Origin: a virus
Taxonomy: Duplodnaviria; Caudoviricetes
Virus record (IMG/VR): IMGVR_UViG_3300026125_000002
Span: 1-61,467 of that record
Strand: one strand, 5' to 3'
DNA: 61,467 nt
Below, one piece after another: positions 56,555-61,467 of this stretch; the stretch's first letter is position 1; each line of letters opens with the position of its first letter. Below the pieces are notes generated by a model. That model worked only from the letters and a program-made list of their open reading frames with translations. It was not told the DNA's origin and ran no database searches. The translations under genes and the position numbers were made by a program.

Positions 56555-59500
56555 TAAACTTCAAACTCCACAGTTAGTTTGTCAACATCTTTACGCTCGC
56601 CGTACACTACGTAGAAGCAATCAGTGTTGTTAGAGAACCAAGAACCGTTACCAACGATAACTTTGTTGTCTTTGATATCTTTAACGTATAGCTTCTGGAA
56701 TCGACCATTTGCTGTTAGTTGTACAGTGATCGAATCTTCGTGTACTAGACCAACCCAGTAATCAGGTAGTTCAATTACGTTAGTACCTTGTAGACGACCA
56801 CGCACATATACACCGTTCTCAGGACCCTCAAGAGAGCCGTAACGTAGTTTGTAACCTTCTTTAGTCGGGTGATCAATTGTAAACGACTTCTGGGTAGCAG
56901 TTAGTAGTCCAGCAAAGTTTGCATCACCAGACCCACCGTAGATTTCAACTTTTGGAGCGGATGTAAAGTCTCTCATACGTATTACATCATTCCAGACTTC
57001 AACAGTAGTACCCACTTCAAGCTTACCAACTCCTACTGTATTCGTAGTAGTATTACCACGAGTAGTAACAGTATCTAATGTATCGCTTTCTGCAACAGAG
57101 GTAATATCGCTTAGTAGTGCTACTGTACCAGAAGCATCTGGAAGTGTAATTGTACGATTAGCAGTTGGATTAGCAGCATCAATAGTGGTGTCATAAGACG
57201 CACCTTTAATTTTTATCGTACCATTAATGGAAAGACTGTTATTTGTAAAGGTACCTACAGTAGAGCCATTAACCCACACATCTAGATTAGCTAAGTTTGT
57301 TTGAATAGCAAAACTAGAAGGATTGCTTCTACCATAACTTAAGCCACCGATCCACGTAGTTTGATCACTCTCATATACATTGATCTCAGCAATACCGATA
57401 GGAGTATCTTGTGTATAAACTTTTAACTGATTCCAGTTAGCTGAAGAGTTAACCAATTCACCAATATTAGTAGCGGTAATATTACCCCCATTAACTATCA
57501 GGTCTTGACCTATAGTCATATTACCGGTAGAATCTATGAGCGTTGTTTCTCTATTTAAACCACTTGTAAGGTTATCCGAAGATGCGTAAACCTTAACGCC
57601 ACCCTCGCCAGCTAAACGAATAATTTCATCGTTAAATGAAGCTTCAGACATAACCGAATCGGCTTCGCCTGTTGTAATAGTCAAATCTTGATCTGTACGG
57701 CAATTAATTTGATCTACAAACAATTTACCATTAACGGTAAAGTCACCATCAGAGTGATTATGATTGTGACTATCGTTACCGACAACAGTCGGAATACTTA
57801 CTGTCCAGTTTCCGCTACCGTCTACTGAAGCGTTTCCTGAACCAGTTACATCACCAGTAAGAGTTACCGTGTTAGTTCTAGCCGTTGTCCACTTGTCAGC
57901 GTTAGGGTGATACCCGTCATGGAATACTTTGTTTAAACTACCTAGGGTTTCCCCTCCCGCAAAAATTTCACCCAAAACGTTTAGTGATATATCACCTGTA
58001 GAAGGATGCTGAACATTAGTTGAGGAAGGGCCTAATACAAGACCATACCCCGCTAAATTTAATTCAGCATCAAATTCATTAAATGTGAGTGCAAGACCTT
58101 GGTTGTTATCTGTATCAAACTCTATAGAAGGATAATTTCCTGTAGTTGTATTAGGCTCATAAAGTCTTATTCTAGGATTTGTTTTAGAAATTACTAAATC
58201 GCCAGTTAATGTACCACCTGCTAATGGTAGATGCCCCACTTGAGAATAGGTATAAGCTGTATCCCAGTTAGAAATTGTTGATCCGTTAATGGTTCCGATA
58301 TTAGTTAAATTACGATTTGAGTCTATAACGGTTGTGCCACTAACGCTTATACTGCCATCAACGTCCAACGCTGTAGCGGGGGCACTAGTACCAATACCAA
58401 AGTTGTTGTTGACCCAGACGTTACCTGTGTCGGCTACTACAAGAGATGCTGCATTAGTATTATTAGAATTAGTGCCGAACGAGATACCATTATTATTATA
58501 ATATCTCGTAATATCTGAGCCAAGAATAAACCCAACGTTACCAAATGCTTCTGTCCCATAATCAAAGTAGTGAGCGCCATCGTCATTATATGTTACACAC
58601 GCCTTACCAGCAGTGATTGCCTTAGTAGAGTTAATGTAGTTAATTGTGCTTTTTACAAAGATTCTACCAGTGTCTCTCAACAAGAACATAGGGTCATCGT
58701 CTTTGACGCTAACGCTATTGGAAGGCAATGCAGTGTCAAGATTGAGATCGCCACCAACAACAACCCTACCACCAGTTTCTACCCAAAGTGAGATATAAGC
58801 GGCAGAGGCATTATTAGGTCTTTCTGCGATTGTCAAGTTGCCTTCAGTGATAAAGGAAGAACCTTGCTCTACGTAGTTTTGACCATAAAGCGTTACGTTA
58901 GCATAACCGGACCACACTGATCCTTGACGCATTAGCAAATTAACTTCTTCGATTGCGCCCGAGTTCTGATAGAAGTATGATTCGTATAGTTCTACTTTCC
59001 ATCGACCTAATCTTGTGCCAGACATGTATTTCGCACTATGAATAATCGAACCTAAACATATTAGTCTGTTTCTGGCGCCATTGAAATTATCAAGTCGAAC
59101 ATGTTGACAAGAATGGAATTGTAGATTGTCACCAATAGTAGTGTCTTCCCAAGTGGCTCCAAGACCAATGAGATACAATGTTGACTCTACGTTCTGGAAT
59201 CTAACTTGATCAGTGACATGAGTTTGCGCTTGAAGTAGAATACCTATCTGAGTGGGTAGATTTGCACCGAAATACGTGTTTTCATCTATTCCAGCAACAG
59301 CATGAGTGTTGACCCACTCTGCGGCTTCAGATAGTGTTGTGAACCATAAGTCATAAGTATTGGCTGCAGGTTGAGTATCACCAACGTTTATGATAAAGGC
59401 ATTATCTCCAAGATAACCCGTTGCAGACCAAGTTAAGTTTGGATCAACAGTAGTTTTTGGCACTACACCGATACCGTTGATTGTAGTAGCGTTTACTGTT

Positions 59501-61467
59501 GTAGCATTAACAGTTGTGATATTACCAGTTGTAGCATTTAGGGTAGTAGTGTTTGCTGTCGATGTAGTTACTGTATTAGACGAAATGTTATTAGCAGTTA
59601 CGTCAAACTTAAAGACAGCGGGTGCCCAAAAATCAAATGAACCATTTGTGCCTGAATTAAGAAACTCAAGAGTGTCTGTATTATAGTCATACTGAATCGT
59701 GGCTGCACTACCTTGAAAAGATAGCACCGCATAATCAGTATCGTTAGCAATATTGATTTCACCAGACGTTAGCAGATAGCCGTAGTTGCTGATTTCACCT
59801 TCTGTAGTATAATCACCAGTCTGGTATGTGGCACCTTTGATATTTCCATAGAAAATTACATCTTTATTAAAAGCCCACGAGTCGTAAGTAGCATCATATG
59901 TGATAGATGCGTTTGCTCCATCAACAGTAATACCCGCACCATTTGCGGCAGCAGAATCAACGGCACCCTTAGCAAGGGTAATGTTTAGATCGTCAATGTC
60001 AAGCGTAGTTGAGTTTAGTGTAGTTGTAGTACCGTCAACTTGCAAGTTACCTTTAATGACAACAGTACCGCCTGCATCACCAGCGGCTGGTGCAGGGTCA
60101 ATCCAAATAGTTTGGTTACCTTCAATGACAGAGATTGCATTTGCATCGCCAGTATCGCTACCTAGAATAATCTTAGAAATCTGAGATCCAGATGAGCTAT
60201 CATTACGCATTAATTTTAATGCAGTTCCGGCGTTACCAACGATGAATGACATAGTACCACTGGTACCATCAGAGCCGCTAATGTACGTTGGGAATGTTGT
60301 ACCAAAGTAAATATTTTGACCACTATCTATTTCAAGATCACCACCTTGAATATATGCAGAAGTGCCTACACCACCGTTACCCTGTACTACTAAAGTTTTG
60401 AATGTACCACGACCACCAGCAACAATGTTTTTAGCTACACCAATGCCACCAAGAGTAATAATAGAGCCAGTTGTTGTAGTTGTAGAATCTGTAGTTGATC
60501 CCACACGAAGAGTTTTAGCTACACCAACACCACCCTTAACTACTAGCGCTCCGTTAGATGTTCCTGTGCTATCTGTAGTTGGCTGAATAGTAAAAGCTGT
60601 ATTACTTGCAGTAAACGACTCAACCGCAGTGCCGTTAGACGCACTAGATGTTCTAACAGCAAATGTACCGTCAGTGTTAATAAAGTCAACAATCTTAGCA
60701 ACAGATCCAGTGCCACCAGCACTTGTTCTCATACCAAATGCTACACTGTCAGATGTTGTGTTTGTGTTCTTAAGTGTTAGAAGATTAGAGTAACCAGTTG
60801 GGTATGCAAGAGAATAATCGTACTCAATTGTAGATTGCTTACCTGCGTAAATCGCACCAGTAACACCTAGACCACCATTAACAGTCAATGCGCCAGTCGA
60901 AGTGCTAGTTGAAGCTGTCGTATTTGTTATGCTAATGGCTGAAGAAGTTGAAGCTCCACGTCCAGTTACGGTTGCTAAAGTATCGCTCTCGGCAGTTAAG
61001 AATCCACCGTAGTTACCTAAATCGTTGTTGAATGCAGATAGCTTAATCTCATTGATCGACTTACGTGAAGCCGCTGTAGCGTCACCATCTTGTACGATAA
61101 TTTCTGTATTCGATGTAACATCAGCGATCATATCAGTCAATTCTGTAAAGTCGAGACTGAAATCAGTACCAGATAGAGCTAGACCATTACCAGCAGTGTA
61201 AGTAGTGTCAGTAGAAGAAATTACAATCTGATTTCCAGCTTGTTGCTGTACATTTACATTAGTTCCTGCTACAATAGAAACATCATCAACAGATGTATCT
61301 CCGCCAGACGCACTAAGACGAATGTAAGCAGTGCCAGCAGTACCAGAGTCTACAGCACTTAGATCGTAGTTTACGATTTCTGAGGTAAGAGCAATTGTAC
61401 CTGAACCACTAAGATCAAGAATGGTATCTTCGGTCGGTTGAATTACGTTGATAGTTACAAACTTGCC
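56554..61467 (-). CDS. Long tail fibre protein, 5' end outside the window, with a C-terminal chaperone-like domain
   Basis: Frame stays open from 61140 to the window edge; STSTGAL.V.GG.GV repeats; two ESDTL.TVT.RG repeats; C-terminal KSFTIDHP...SLEGPE.GVY.RG...GERKD. Confidence 0.85.
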   Translation of the reverse strand, partial: GKFVTINVIQPTEDTILDLSGSGTIALTSEIVNYDLSAVDSGTAGTAYIRLSASGGDTSVDDVSIVAGTNVNVQQQAGNQIVISSTDTTYTAGNGLALSGTDFSLDFTELTDMIADVTSNTEIIVQDGDATAASRKSINEIKLSAFNNDLGNYGGFLTAESDTLATVTGRGASTSSAISITNTTASTSTSTGALTVNGGLGVTGAIYAGKQSTIEYDYSLAYPTGYSNLLTLKNTNTTSDSVAFGMRTSAGGTGSVAKIVDFINTDGTFAVRTSSASNGTAVESFTASNTAFTIQPTTDSTGTSNGALVVKGGVGVAKTLRVGSTTDSTTTTTGSIITLGGIGVAKNIVAGGRGTFKTLVVQGNGGVGTSAYIQGGDLEIDSGQNIYFGTTFPTYISGSDGTSGTMSFIVGNAGTALKLMRNDSSSGSQISKIILGSDTGDANAISVIEGNQTIWIDPAPAAGDAGGTVVIKGNLQVDGTTTTLNSTTLDIDDLNITLAKGAVDSAAANGAGITVDGANASITYDATYDSWAFNKDVIFYGNIKGATYQTGDYTTEGEISNYGYLLTSGEINIANDTDYAVLSFQGSAATIQYDYNTDTLEFLNSGTNGSFDFWAPAVFKFDVTANNISSNTVTTSTANTTTLNATTGNITTVNATTVNATTINGIGVVPKTTVDPNLTWSATGYLGDNAFIINVGDTQPAANTYDLWFTTLSEAAEWVNTHAVAGIDENTYFGANLPTQIGILLQAQTHVTDQVRFQNVESTLYLIGLGATWEDTTIGDNLQFHSCQHVRLDNFNGARNRLICLGSIIHSAKYMSGTRLGRWKVELYESYFYQNSGAIEEVNLLMRQGSVWSGYANVTLYGQNYVEQGSSFITEGNLTIAERPNNASAAYISLWVETGGRVVVGGDLNLDTALPSNSVSVKDDDPMFLLRDTGRIFVKSTINYINSTKAITAGKACVTYNDDGAHYFDYGTEAFGNVGFILGSDITRYYNNNGISFGTNSNNTNAASLVVADTGNVWVNNNFGIGTSAPATALDVDGSISVSGTTVIDSNRNLTNIGTINGSTISNWDTAYTYSQVGHLPLAGGTLTGDLVISKTNPRIRLYEPNTTTGNYPSIEFDTDNNQGLALTFNEFDAELNLAGYGLVLGPSSTNVQHPSTGDISLNVLGEIFAGGETLGSLNKVFHDGYHPNADKWTTARTNTVTLTGDVTGSGNASVDGSGNWTVSIPTVVGNDSHNHNHSDGDFTVNGKLFVDQINCRTDQDLTITTGEADSVMSEASFNDEIIRLAGEGGVKVYASSDNLTSGLNRETTLIDSTGNMTIGQDLIVNGGNITATNIGELVNSSANWNQLKVYTQDTPIGIAEINVYESDQTTWIGGLSYGRSNPSSFAIQTNLANLDVWVNGSTVGTFTNNSLSINGTIKIKGASYDTTIDAANPTANRTITLPDASGTVALLSDITSVAESDTLDTVTTRGNTTTNTVGVGKLEVGTTVEVWNDVIRMRDFTSAPKVEIYGGSGDANFAGLLTATQKSFTIDHPTKEGYKLRYGSLEGPENGVYVRGRLQGTNVIELPDYWVGLVHEDSITVQLTANGRFQKLYVKDIKDNKVIVGNGSWFSNNTDCFYVVYGERKDVDKLTVEFEV

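Noticed and set aside
300-60586. Numerous short plus-strand ORFs and nested minus-strand ORFs in the track
   Set aside because: They lie within well-supported minus-strand genes, lack RBS or family motifs, and look like shadow frames.
48885-61467. Diversity-generating retroelement or invertible fibre cassette
   Set aside because: No reverse transcriptase, recombinase or near-identical DNA repeats seen; the repeats are diverged and visible only at protein level.
1-61467. CRISPR array, rRNA, tRNA genes, integrase or stop-codon recoding
   Set aside because: No regular repeat-spacer array or RNA-gene signature noticed by eye; genes are full length in the standard code and end in TAA, TGA or TAG.

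Overview
A 61 kb segment of a large T4-like myophage genome with cyanophage/alphaproteobacterial-phage-type organisation; almost everything is encoded on the minus strand. Read right to left it contains: tail fibre and LamG receptor-binding genes; neck gp13-gp15; terminase gp16/gp17; sheath and tube gp18/gp19; portal, scaffold, protease and capsid gp20-gp23; gp3; uvsY/uvsW; gp55; an HNH homing endonuclease; gp47/gp46; an accessory DNA-modification/nuclease block; gp45/gp44/gp62; regA; dUTPase; hsp20; peroxiredoxin; gp43; ligase; uvsX; gp41; and a late accessory region. Highlights: (1) an AsnB-like ligase + C5-cytosine MTase with Asn->Arg in motif X + CmoA-like carboxy-SAM synthase cluster, predicting carboxymethyl/carbamoylmethyl-cytosine, next to a DUF262-HNH nuclease operon; (2) a structured plus-strand ncRNA candidate with its own late promoter and terminator; (3) putative capsid-packaged enzymes; (4) a ROSE-type RNA thermometer on hsp20; (5) two consensus antisense sigma70 promoters; (6) an unannotated two-gene small-protein operon. 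All calls come from motif recognition by eye; no database searches were run.
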